A stretch of 32,000 nt of DNA from Methanocaldococcus jannaschii DSM 2661. Its GTDB lineage: Archaea; AGJL01; Methanococci; Methanococcales; Methanocaldococcaceae. Shown piece by piece: positions 1 through 8,883 of the stretch. Positions within the stretch are counted from its first letter, which is position 1. The number at the start of each line of letters is the position of its first letter. Where the stretch lies: the NCBI RefSeq assembly GCF_000091665.1, contig NC_000909.1, positions 1-32,000 of the forward strand, written 5' to 3'. The notes beneath the pieces were generated by a model that made no database searches, had not been told where the DNA came from, and was given only the letters and a program-made list of their open reading frames with translations. The translations under genes were made by a program, and so were the position numbers.

Positions 1-377
1 TACATTAGTGTTTATTACATTGAGAAACTTTATAATTAAAAAAGATTCATGTAAATTTCTTATTTGTTTATTTAGAGGTTTTAAATTTAATTTCTAAGGG
101 TTTGCTGGTTTGATTGTTTAGAATATTTAACTTAATCAAATTATTTGAATTTTTGAAAATTAGGATTAATTAGGTAAGTAAATAAAATTTCTCTAACAAA
201 TAAGTTAAATTTTTAAATTTAAGGAGATAAAAATACTCTGTTTTATTATGGAAAGAAAGATTTAAATACTAAAGGGTTTATATTATGAAGTAGTTACTTA
301 CCCTTAGAAAAATATGGTATAGAAAAGCTTAAATATTAAGAGTGATGAAGTATATTATGTTGTGAATGATTGCCCTA
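1..377 (+). promoter_or_regulatory. CRISPR leader (AT-rich, no ORF; may run off the window start)
   Basis: A non-coding, very AT-rich stretch directly abuts the first intact repeat. The degenerate repeats are at the opposite end of the array, which puts the leader here. A TATA-like 'cttaaatatt' lies about 40 nt upstream of repeat 1. Confidence 0.6.
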
Positions 378-2127
378 ATTAAAATCAGACCGTTTCGGAA
401 TGGAAATTTGCTCCTGCATTAGATGGAGGAGCGTATGTAGCGTATTAATTAAAATCAGACCGTTTCGGAATGGAAATTTTGCAGAGTTGTATTCTGGCAG
501 TGCGGATATTATAAATTAAAATCAGACCGTTTCGGAATGGAAAAATCTAATACAAACAGTGAAGATACTGAATACTGCGGAATTAAAATCAGACCGTTTC
601 GGAATGGAAAAACTGTCTCTTAACATATTCTGCAGTTTTACAACTTTCGAAATTAAAATCAGACCGTTTCGGAATGGAAAGCATAATTGATGAGGCTAAT
701 AGAATAGCACCTAATAGAATTAAAATCAGACCGTTTCGGAATGGAAAGATTAATGTAATACTTTTTTATAAATTTATAATGCAAAATTAAAATCAGACCG
801 TTTCGGAATGGAAAGTAATTTCTACGACTTGGATTACTTCACGATGGAAATCAAAATTAAAATCAGACCGTTTCGGAATGGAAAGATAGAAGAATTTGAT
901 GCTTTATTTGGATGTTTGAAGAATTAAAATCAGACCGTTTCGGAATGGAAAGCAGCTTGTGGCGATACCTTCAAGTTCAAAATTTTTCCCCATAATTAAA
1001 ATCAGACCGTTTCGGAATGGAAAGACTAACTTTAATTATATCCCTTTCAGCTTCCTCATCATAAATTAAAATCAGACCGTTTCGGAATGGAAAGTAGAAA
1101 TTGTCTCAATAACTGCGTTTGTTGATGGAACAATTAAAATCAGACCGTTTCGGAATGGAAAGCAAACAGCATTATAACAATTGATAGACAGAAATTCAGA
1201 ATTAAAATCAGACCGTTTCGGAATGGAAATATTGGTGAAGTAGTTGCTTATGACTTAGATAGTGGAATTAAAATCAGACCGTTTCGGAATGGAAATGACA
1301 TAATTAAAGCATAATAATACTTTAACGCTTCTTTTAAATTAAAATCAGACCGTTTCGGAATGGAAATTATATCTCCCTCCTTAACCTTTTTTTATTTAAC
1401 ATTCCCATATTAAAATCAGACCGTTTCGGAATGGAAATATCTACTTGGAACTACAACACTCACAGGTAAATCTAATATTAAAATCAGACCGTTTCGGAAT
1501 GGAAATAAGTTAAAACAATGGTTAATGTTAAGGGGGATTAAGCTGTATTAAAATCAGACCGTTTCGGAATGGAAATGACATAATTAAAGCATAATAATAC
1601 TTTAACGCTTCTTTTAAATTAAAATCAGACCGTTTCGGAATGGAAATTATTACCACCCTCTTGCTTTTAAAAAGCTTTCTAATTCTTCATTAAAATCAGA
1701 CCGTTTCGGAATGGAAATAATCCAGATTTGAATTGTTCCCAAGCATTACCGAGCCAATTAAAATCAGACCGTTTCGGAATGGAAATTTTTTATCGAAACC
1801 TTCTAAAATCATATCTCATCCCCCCAATTAAAATCAGACCGTTTCGGAATGGAAATCTTATTTTAAGTTACAAAAAAGTTTATAGTGGTTAATGATTAAA
1901 ATCAGACCGTTTCGGAATGGAAATCTTATTTTAAGTTACAAAAAAGTTTATAGTGGTTAATGATTAAAATCAGACCGTTTCGGAATGGAAATCTTATTTT
2001 AAGTTACAAAAAAGTTTATAGTGGTTAATGATTAAAATCAGACCGTTTCGGAATGGAAATCTATGTCTGTGATAGTTACAATATTATTTCCTATTTTATT
2101 AAAATCAGACCAATTCGGGATAAAACG
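378..2127 (+). CRISPR. CRISPR array: 25 intact 30-nt repeats (ATTAAAATCAGACCGTTTCGGAATGGAAA[T/G/A]) plus one degenerate terminal repeat, with 25 spacers of about 36-42 nt
   Basis: I located repeat starts by hand at 378, 448, 515, 582, 652, 719, 786, 856, 923, 995, 1065, 1133, 1201, 1267, 1338, 1409, 1477, 1547, 1618, 1689, 1757, 1827, 1895, 1963 and 2031. The degenerate repeat starts at 2098 (23/30 match). The repeat 3' end ..AATGGAAAT resembles the 8-nt crRNA 5'-handle source of type I/III systems, which supports + strand transcription. Confidence 0.97.
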
Positions 2128-2169
2128 TTTTTCTTTATTAAACTCAATTACTCTTTTCTACACTCTTTT

Positions 2170-2199
2170 ATTAAAATCAGAAGAGAAATGAGCATTAAA
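2170..2199 (+). repeat. Vestigial CRISPR repeat (first 12 nt, ATTAAAATCAGA, intact; the rest decayed)
   Basis: It lies 72 nt after the degenerate repeat at 2098, which is one repeat-spacer period. About 16/30 positions match the consensus. Confidence 0.45.
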
Positions 2200-2215
2200 A
2201 TAAAATACTAAAAAT

Positions 2216-3343
2216 TCACTCAAAAATCTCTTTTATAATCCCTAAAGCTTTCTCTATATCTTCATATTTTGTAGCATAGCTGAACCTAATATAGTTAGCT
2301 CCATTCTCACCAAATGCAACTCCAGGAACACATAAAACCTTATTCTCAATCAATTTCTTAGCTACCTCTACCCCATCTCCATACTCAGAAACATCTGGGA
2401 ATATATAGAATGCCCCATCTGGCTTATTGACTTTAAAGATATCCTTCAATCCATTATAGATTAAATCTCTCCTCATTTTAAACTCTCTAACCATATCCTC
2501 AACACACTTTTGACTACCTCTTAAAGCTGCTAATGCCCCATATTGAGCAAAGGTTGTAGCACATGCAAAGCTATACTGATGAATCTTAATCATATTGTTG
2601 ATTAAATCTAACTCCTTATTTAGTTCATCAGAAACAGCCAAATATCCAATCCTCCATCCAGTCATGGCATAGGTTTTAGAGAAACCGTTAATTAATATGC
2701 ATCTATCAGTAAATTGCATTGGAGAGTAATGCTTCTTATCGTAGATAATCTTATCATAGACTTCATCTGAAACAATAATTAGATTATAATCCTCAGCAAT
2801 CTCTGCCAAGCCTTTTATGGTCTCCTTATCATAGACTTTTCCAGTAGGATTTGATGGAGAGTTAAATATTATTAGCTTTGTTTTTTTAGTTATTGATTCT
2901 TTAACTTTCTCTAAATCAATATTAAAGTTTTCATCTAAATCTATATTCTTAATCTTACCCTCAGCAAACTCTGTTAGTGAAAAATAAGACACAAAAGATG
3001 GATTTGGAATTAAAACCTCATCCCCTCTGTCAATCAAAGTCATAATAGATAACATTAACGCCTCTGAAGCTCCACAGGTAACAATAATATTGTCCTTATC
3101 AACGTCTAAGTTGTAATCATCCTTTAACTTATTGCTTATCTCCTCTCTAAGCTCTGGAATTCCATTGTTTGGAGAGTAGTGAGTTTTCCCCTCATCTAAA
3201 GCCCTTTTTGCAGCCTCAATGATATGCTTTGGAGTGTCAAAATCTGGCTCTCCTATTCCTAAATTTATGCAATCAGATGTAGCTAAGTTAAATATCTCCC
3301 TAATTGCTGATGGTTTTATATTTTTGCATCTACTGCTTATCAT
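2216..3343 (-). CDS. Class I PLP-dependent aminotransferase (aspartate aminotransferase-like)
   Basis: 375-aa ORF. It has the NSPSNPTG motif and the PLP-lysine motif SKTYAMTGWRIGY, and a full-length fold-type I profile. Its start overlaps the upstream gene's stop (ATGA). Confidence 0.9.
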   Translation of the reverse strand: MISSRCKNIKPSAIREIFNLATSDCINLGIGEPDFDTPKHIIEAAKRALDEGKTHYSPNNGIPELREEISNKLKDDYNLDVDKDNIIVTCGASEALMLSIMTLIDRGDEVLIPNPSFVSYFSLTEFAEGKIKNIDLDENFNIDLEKVKESITKKTKLIIFNSPSNPTGKVYDKETIKGLAEIAEDYNLIIVSDEVYDKIIYDKKHYSPMQFTDRCILINGFSKTYAMTGWRIGYLAVSDELNKELDLINNMIKIHQYSFACATTFAQYGALAALRGSQKCVEDMVREFKMRRDLIYNGLKDIFKVNKPDGAFYIFPDVSEYGDGVEVAKKLIENKVLCVPGVAFGENGANYIRFSYATKYEDIEKALGIIKEIFE

Positions 3344-4071
3344 TCTCTCACATCCTCAAAGTATAGCTTTTTATAAAGCTCTATAGCCTTAATCTTTGCA
3401 GTTTCTGATGGCTCATCAATTAGGTTAGAGTTTTTATAGCTCTCATCTAACAATACACCCAACTCATAAAAATAGCTTTTTATTTTCTTCTTATAACTCT
3501 CATCAACTGGCTTTTTATTTACTTTACATTCAAAAAGATAGCTCACAATATCCTCATCGTAGCAATCTAAGCATCTAAATGAGCTAAAATCTGATTTAAA
3601 TTCTCCACTCTCTAAGCATAAAATACCTTGATAATAAGCTCTCAAAATATATAAAAGTGTCTTTGGATTGTTATAACTTTCTTTCTCACACAATTTTTGT
3701 AGAGGTTTGGCAAATCCCTTCCAATGATGATATAGCTTTTTGCAAATGCAATTATAAGCTATCCCTTTAACATCTTCATGATACTTCGATGAATACAAAA
3801 CCTTATCAGATAAGGCTATCTCAATAAAGTTAGCATTTGGCTTTAATAACTCTCTTAAAAACTTTCCAAGCTCAAAGCTAACAAAATCACACTTTCCAAA
3901 CATTTTATTTATAACTTCTTCTTCCTTGCTTTTATATAGGCAGTTCTTAATAAATAGCTCTCTATCCAAGATATGAGCGCCTCTGATATCTACATCACTT
4001 GGATTTGGAATCCCATACAAATCACTGCCAGAGATAACGACGAATATTGGAACTTCCATAAATATCTCCAT
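3340..4071 (-). CDS. Predicted nucleotidyltransferase (Pol-beta superfamily, RlaP-like)
   Basis: 243-aa ORF. The N-terminal 'ISGSDLYGIPNPSDVDIRG' matches the GS..yG...SDxD signature of this predicted nucleotidyltransferase family. It is translationally coupled to the aminotransferase. The true start could be the second Met (4059). Confidence 0.7.
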   Translation of the reverse strand: MEIFMEVPIFVVISGSDLYGIPNPSDVDIRGAHILDRELFIKNCLYKSKEEEVINKMFGKCDFVSFELGKFLRELLKPNANFIEIALSDKVLYSSKYHEDVKGIAYNCICKKLYHHWKGFAKPLQKLCEKESYNNPKTLLYILRAYYQGILCLESGEFKSDFSSFRCLDCYDEDIVSYLFECKVNKKPVDESYKKKIKSYFYELGVLLDESYKNSNLIDEPSETAKIKAIELYKKLYFEDVRE

Positions 4072-4099
4072 GCTATTGGATTTTTAATATCTCCAAAAT

Positions 4100-4116
4100 T
4101 ATTAGAAATTCTAATT
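4100..4116. promoter_or_regulatory. Palindromic operator-like site TATTAGA-AAT-TCTAATt (copy 1 of 4)
   Basis: 13/14 half-site positions are palindromic. It lies 29 nt upstream of the 4071 start codon of the minus-strand operon. Confidence 0.5.
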
Positions 4117-4251
4117 GGTAGTATTTTATAATAGGACTTATGTAATTTTTTATATAATTTTTTATAATTGGTATTTTGATGCTCTATTAATGGGTGGTTG
4201 TCCAATTAGAGAAACATTGAGAACTGATTATGGAGAATATTTAGCGTTTAG

Positions 4252-4566
4252 TTAATTAAAGGTTTATTTGGATTGTTTGTTGACGCATTGATTGGATATA
4301 TTATATTTAGTGCTACTGGAAATATTTCAGCGTTCCCATGGTTTGTTGATAATGGTTTTCACCAATCCCAGGAGACCCATTAGGCAATTATTGGAGGTTT
4401 TGGAGTTGGATTCTTTTCAGTTGTTCAAGGGGGCTGTCCTCTAAGGAATTATATTATGGCTGCTGAAGGAAACAAAACAGCTATAGCCTATCTATTTGGA
4501 TTAGCTGTTGGGGCAGTAATATTCCATAAAATAGTTGCTTCAACGGTTAAGGCAATCATGACTTAA
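4252..4566 (+). pseudogene. C-terminal remnant of a YeeE/YedE-like (sulfur/selenium transport family) membrane protein, interrupted by an in-frame TAG
   Basis: Hand translation of one frame gives GLFGLFVDALIGYIIFSATGNISAFPWFVDNGFHQSQETH*AIIGGFGVGFFSVVQGGCPLRNYIMAAEGNKTAIAYLFGLAVGAVIFHKIVASTVKAIMT*. The hydrophobic helices and the GG-C-P-x-R motif are typical of YeeE/YedE. There is no start codon or N-terminal half upstream. Confidence 0.5.
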
Positions 4567-4910
4567 ACTTTTTAATTTAAATTTTTATCTCTATAAGATA
4601 TGAAAATTTTTGATATATTGTAAAGTTATTTAAAACTAAGACCAGAAAATACAAGATGTCCAAATCTAAATGTTCGTAAAATTTTGTGTGGATGATATTA
4701 GCTTTTTTAATATCCAGTTAGTAATTAAATTTTTTACCAATAACTTTATATACTCCTATTTTGAGAAAAACCAGTGATTTTATCAGAGTTAGATTATTAA
4801 AAATAATAATTGTACTTTATTTATATATTCTCATAAGGTATTGAATATCAAAAGTCATCAACTTTCCTTAAAAATTTATTTCTCTTAACATTCTATTAAA
4901 TTGTGAGAGT

Positions 4911-5381
4911 ATGAAAGGAAAAAGAATAGCCATTGTTTCTCATCGCATATTAAATCAAAATAGTGTTGTTAATGGGTTGGAAAGGGCTGAAGGAGCTTTT
5001 AATGAAGTTGTTGAGATTCTTTTAAAGAATAATTATGGAATAATACAACTTCCATGTCCAGAGTTGATTTATTTGGGAATTGATAGAGAAGGAAAAACAA
5101 AAGAGGAATATGACACAAAGGAATACAGAGAACTTTGCAAAAAACTTTTGGAACCAATAATCAAATATCTGCAAGAATATAAAAAAGACAACTATAAATT
5201 TATCTTAATTGGGATAGAAAACTCTACAACTTGTGATATTTTTAAAAATAGAGGAATTTTGATGGAAGAATTTTTTAAAGAGGTTGAAAAATTAAATATC
5301 ATCATTAAAGCAATAGAATATCCAAAAAATGAAAAAGATTACAATAAATTTGTAAAAACTTTAGAGAAGATGATAAAATGA
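4911..5381 (+). CDS. Hypothetical protein, translationally coupled to the activase gene
   Basis: 156-aa ORF. Its stop overlaps the next start (ATGA at 5378-5381). 'IIQLPCPELIYLG' shows a weak resemblance to DUF523-type proteins, but I cannot assign a family. Confidence 0.7.
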   Translation: MKGKRIAIVSHRILNQNSVVNGLERAEGAFNEVVEILLKNNYGIIQLPCPELIYLGIDREGKTKEEYDTKEYRELCKKLLEPIIKYLQEYKKDNYKFILIGIENSTTCDIFKNRGILMEEFFKEVEKLNIIIKAIEYPKNEKDYNKFVKTLEKMIK

Positions 5382-6109
5382 TTTTAGGGATAGATGTTGG
5401 ATCTACAACAACGAAGATGGTTCTAATGGAAGATAGCAAGATAATTTGGTATAAGATAGAGGATATTGGAGTTGTTATTGAGGAAGATATTTTATTAAAA
5501 ATGGTTAAGGAGATTGAACAAAAATATCCAATAGATAAAATCGTTGCAACTGGATATGGAAGGCATAAGGTTAGTTTTGCAGATAAGATAGTTCCAGAAG
5601 TTATTGCATTGGGAAAAGGAGCTAACTATTTCTTTAACGAGGCAGATGGAGTTATAGACATTGGAGGGCAAGATACAAAGGTCTTAAAGATTGATAAAAA
5701 CGGAAAAGTTGTTGATTTTATCCTATCAGATAAATGTGCCGCTGGAACTGGAAAATTCTTAGAAAAGGCATTAGATATTTTAAAAATTGATAAAAATGAG
5801 ATAAATAAATACAAATCAGATAATATCGCTAAAATATCTTCAATGTGTGCTGTCTTTGCTGAAAGTGAGATAATAAGCTTACTATCAAAAAAAGTTCCAA
5901 AGGAAGGCATTTTAATGGGCGTCTATGAGAGTATAATAAATAGGGTTATCCCAATGACCAATAGGCTTAAAATTCAAAACATAGTGTTTAGTGGAGGAGT
6001 TGCTAAAAATAAGGTTTTGGTTGAGATGTTTGAGAAAAAATTGAATAAAAAACTACTAATTCCAAAAGAACCACAGATTGTTTGCTGTGTTGGAGCTATA
6101 TTGGTTTAA
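5378..6109 (+). CDS. BcrAD/BadFG/HgdC-type ATPase ('CoA-substrate-specific enzyme activase')
   Basis: The ASKHA-fold motifs GIDVGSTTTK and DIGGQDTK are present. DKCAAGTGKFLE and SMCAVFAESE carry the cysteines that bridge the [4Fe-4S] cluster in this family. Confidence 0.9.
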   Translation: MILGIDVGSTTTKMVLMEDSKIIWYKIEDIGVVIEEDILLKMVKEIEQKYPIDKIVATGYGRHKVSFADKIVPEVIALGKGANYFFNEADGVIDIGGQDTKVLKIDKNGKVVDFILSDKCAAGTGKFLEKALDILKIDKNEINKYKSDNIAKISSMCAVFAESEIISLLSKKVPKEGILMGVYESIINRVIPMTNRLKIQNIVFSGGVAKNKVLVEMFEKKLNKKLLIPKEPQIVCCVGAILV

Positions 6110-6110
6110 T

Positions 6111-7250
6111 TTACCTCTCAATATTAAATAGTGGTGGCAAACTGTTATCTACTCCCGGGATATAGCCTAATGTGTCTCTTATTTTTAGCTGCATTCTATG
6201 GAATATGTAAGCTAAAGGAATATCCATTGGGCATGCATCTTCACACTGCCCACAGTTTATACAACTTTGGGATATATGGCTCAATCTAATCCCTTGGAAT
6301 ATTAATGGATTTGGTGGGATTTTACCTTTTTCTTCAATGTAATCTTTTTCTAAACTACATTCAACACAGAAACATAAAGGGCAGTTATCCCTACAACCGT
6401 AGCATTTTATACATCGATTCCAATATTTTTTCCATTTTTCTAAGCTTGGATACTCTTCCTCTAAATGCTTCTTTTGGAATTTTTTAGCCAACTTTATCAT
6501 TATACTTTCAATTTTCTCCCTAACTTGTATTGCCTTCTCTGAAGGTTGTTTAATTTTAATATAACCATCTTTCTCAGCATCTTCAACTAATTTTCTCCCT
6601 CTCTCTGAACAGATTTCAACAAATGTCCAACCCTTTTCAGCCCCCCAATTCCCGCAGGCTAAATCTGCCATCCTTGGAATCATTATTTCGCATCTTTGGC
6701 AATTTTTCCTCCTACCAAAGCCTTTCTCCTCCAATTCTTCTATTTTTACAGCCTTATGCTCCCCATTCTTTAATTCGATAATAAACTTACCCTTATCAAT
6801 CTCTTCCTTAACAACATCTAATGGATTAACTTCATAAAATAATTCAATCATCTTCATGGCTGTTATTGGACTTATCGTTCCTCCACAATTCAAACCAATC
6901 ATATAAACATTGTCTAAGTTTATTTGATTTAATTTTGCCAATTCTCTAATAGCCATTGCATCACATGGCTTTGCAGGAACGGCAATCTTTTTGTCTGCTA
7001 AGTATTTTGCAATCAACTTTCCAAAGTTTGTAGGAGCACAGTGTAAAGAACCAGCAGTCTCAACCAACTCATTAGAATTCGTTATAAATGTTGGAATTCC
7101 ATCATAAACATCTTCTCCTCTCTTTAAAGCTAAAACGCCGTCAACAAGCTTTTTATCTAATAGATATTTAAATAAGGCTGTAACAGCACCACCACACTCA
7201 GCCCTCCTCAAAATCCCATTGTCTGTAGCTTGAATTAAAACGTATTTCAT
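6111..7250 (-). CDS. FrhB/FdhB-family (F420-binding) subunit with a C-terminal 2x[4Fe-4S] ferredoxin domain
   Basis: 379 aa. The N-terminus resembles the beta subunits of F420 hydrogenase/formate dehydrogenase. Ferredoxin motifs are CIKCYGCRDNCPLC and CINCGQCEDACP. An RBS aaggtgat precedes the ATG. Confidence 0.85.
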   Translation of the reverse strand: MKYVLIQATDNGILRRAECGGAVTALFKYLLDKKLVDGVLALKRGEDVYDGIPTFITNSNELVETAGSLHCAPTNFGKLIAKYLADKKIAVPAKPCDAMAIRELAKLNQINLDNVYMIGLNCGGTISPITAMKMIELFYEVNPLDVVKEEIDKGKFIIELKNGEHKAVKIEELEEKGFGRRKNCQRCEIMIPRMADLACGNWGAEKGWTFVEICSERGRKLVEDAEKDGYIKIKQPSEKAIQVREKIESIMIKLAKKFQKKHLEEEYPSLEKWKKYWNRCIKCYGCRDNCPLCFCVECSLEKDYIEEKGKIPPNPLIFQGIRLSHISQSCINCGQCEDACPMDIPLAYIFHRMQLKIRDTLGYIPGVDNSLPPLFNIER

Positions 7251-7275
7251 GATATCACCTTAGTTATTTCTTTTA

Positions 7276-7300
7276 AACAGGACTTTCACAGTTTATATAT
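7276..7300 (-). promoter_or_regulatory. Promoter module ATATATAAA-CTGTGAAAGTCCTGTT (TATA box plus a conserved 16-nt element), read on the minus strand
   Basis: It ends 25 nt upstream of the ATG at 7250. It is 24/25 identical to 31192-31216, upstream of fruD. Confidence 0.55.
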
Positions 7301-7337
7301 CCTCAAGGTATTTAGATGCCTAAAAGCGTCAATTTCC

Positions 7338-8474
7338 TTATAGAAGTTTATTCCTGTGAATATCCTGTTGTATATCCTCTAAGGAGTTAAAGCCCAAATC
7401 ACTACCAAGCTTTTCAGCTAAGCTTTTTATTATAAGCCAATCATCCATAGCATCTCCAGGAGGATTTACAGCTTTATTTATTTTCTGAATTCTCTTATCA
7501 GTGTTTATAAACGTCCCATCCTTTTCAGCCCAGCATGTTGAAGGCAAAACAACATCTGCCATCTCCGCTGTCTCAGTCATTATAATATCTTGGACAACTA
7601 AAAATTCAACATTTTTTAAGACATCTTTATCAACTAAAGCTGGATTCTCTCCCATTATGTATAAGAACTTTGAATTTTTTAATAATTCAAAATATTCATC
7701 CTTATTTAAAGCAGGGATGCCTATAAGTGTTGCTCCAACTGTATTGCAGTGCTTCGCAACTGGCAAAACCTTAGCTTTATTTTCCTTTGCAGTTTTAATT
7801 ATCTCATCAACATTTACTGGGGCATTAATTATGATAATGGTATTTTTATCGACATTACTCAAATCAACACCTAAATAACTATCAACCTTCACAAATTCAT
7901 CGGCATTTAGCTTTAGGATTTCCTTCTCCTCTGTGTTAAAAATTGTTACCTTAGATCCTTTTTCTTTTGCCTTAATAACTTTTCTACCAATTAACGCATG
8001 TTCAGAGAAGACATCACCAATAATTATAATGTTTTTTGCGTTCTCAATATCATCAATTGTTGTAGAAACCTCAGCATAATTTACCTTTGGAGAGTTGCAG
8101 ATACAATGCCCAATTTTAGCTTTTAAGCTATCAACCAACTTTTTTAATGCGTAGTTATCTTCATTTGTGCATTTTCCAGAGGCTATGAAGGTTATATCAT
8201 CAGCATTATAATTCTTTAATTTCTCTGCAATAAAGCTTAAAGCCTCATCCCATGTAGCTTCAACAAGCTTTCCATTCTTCTTAATCAATGGCTTTTTTAA
8301 TCTCTTTTCATGATAGATTATTTTATAGCTATTTTTTCCATTTGAACAGTTTTTACCTTCATTTATTGGATGTCTCTTGTATGGATAAGTGCCAACAACT
8401 TTATCATCTTTAACAATCAAATCAATTCCACATCCAACACTACAACCTGGGCAGATAGTATGAACAACTTTCAT
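7338..8474 (-). CDS. Molybdopterin-oxidoreductase family protein, FdhA-like but only about half length
   Basis: 378 aa. It has the N-terminal 4Fe-4S Mo/W-bisPGD-type Cys motif ([10 protein letters not shown] ... C at 'GKNCSNG') and Rossmann-like MGD-binding segments. It lacks the C-terminal dinucleotide-binding domain and ends at a TAA. Confidence 0.8.
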
Positions 8475-8724
8475 AATATCACCTAAATGTTCTATTTGTC
8501 ATAAAAATTCTCTGTGTTTATTTTTGTCTAAGTTTTAATTTTGATTTCTAGCTTTCCTTTATCTTACTAATCTTAGATTTTTGATACCTTTTTTAATATT
8601 TATTATGTCAATGATATTACTAATATATTAATACTATTTTCAACTATCATATATAAAATTTACTACTTAATTTAAATTATTATTACTTAAATAAGATAGA
8701 ATTTTAAATAAGTATTACTACTAT

Positions 8725-8741
8725 TATTAGATTTTCTAATA
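8725..8741. promoter_or_regulatory. Palindromic operator-like site TATTAGA-TTT-TCTAATA (copy 2 of 4)
   Basis: Perfect 7+7 inverted repeat in the divergent 8475-8883 intergenic region. Confidence 0.5.
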
Positions 8742-8840
8742 TCAACTAAACCATTAAAAATTTTGAAGATAAGATTTTTATGATTAGAAATATACTCTTT
8801 TAATGAATTTCTTAAAAAAATAACCCAAATCTTCATAAGT

Positions 8841-8857
8841 TATTAGAAAATCTAATA
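8841..8857. promoter_or_regulatory. Palindromic operator-like site TATTAGA-AAA-TCTAATA (copy 3 of 4)
   Basis: Perfect 7+7 inverted repeat, 26 nt upstream of the ATG at 8884. It is flanked by the same 'agt' as copy 4. Confidence 0.55.
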
Positions 8858-8883
8858 ACTAAATAGATATTAAATTTGGTGAT

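Noticed and set aside
408-2097. Self-targeting: whether any spacer matches the IS elements or other sequence inside this window.
   Set aside because: By eye I found no spacer with an extended match to the IS607-type, IS6 or IS4/IS5-like sequences or elsewhere in the window. A proper alignment is needed, so no claim is made.
3990-4205. 71-aa minus-strand ORF overlapping the 5' end of the nucleotidyltransferase gene.
   Set aside because: It is out of frame with, and mostly inside, the better-supported 3340-4071 ORF. It has no motifs. Its upstream part covers the promoter/operator region.
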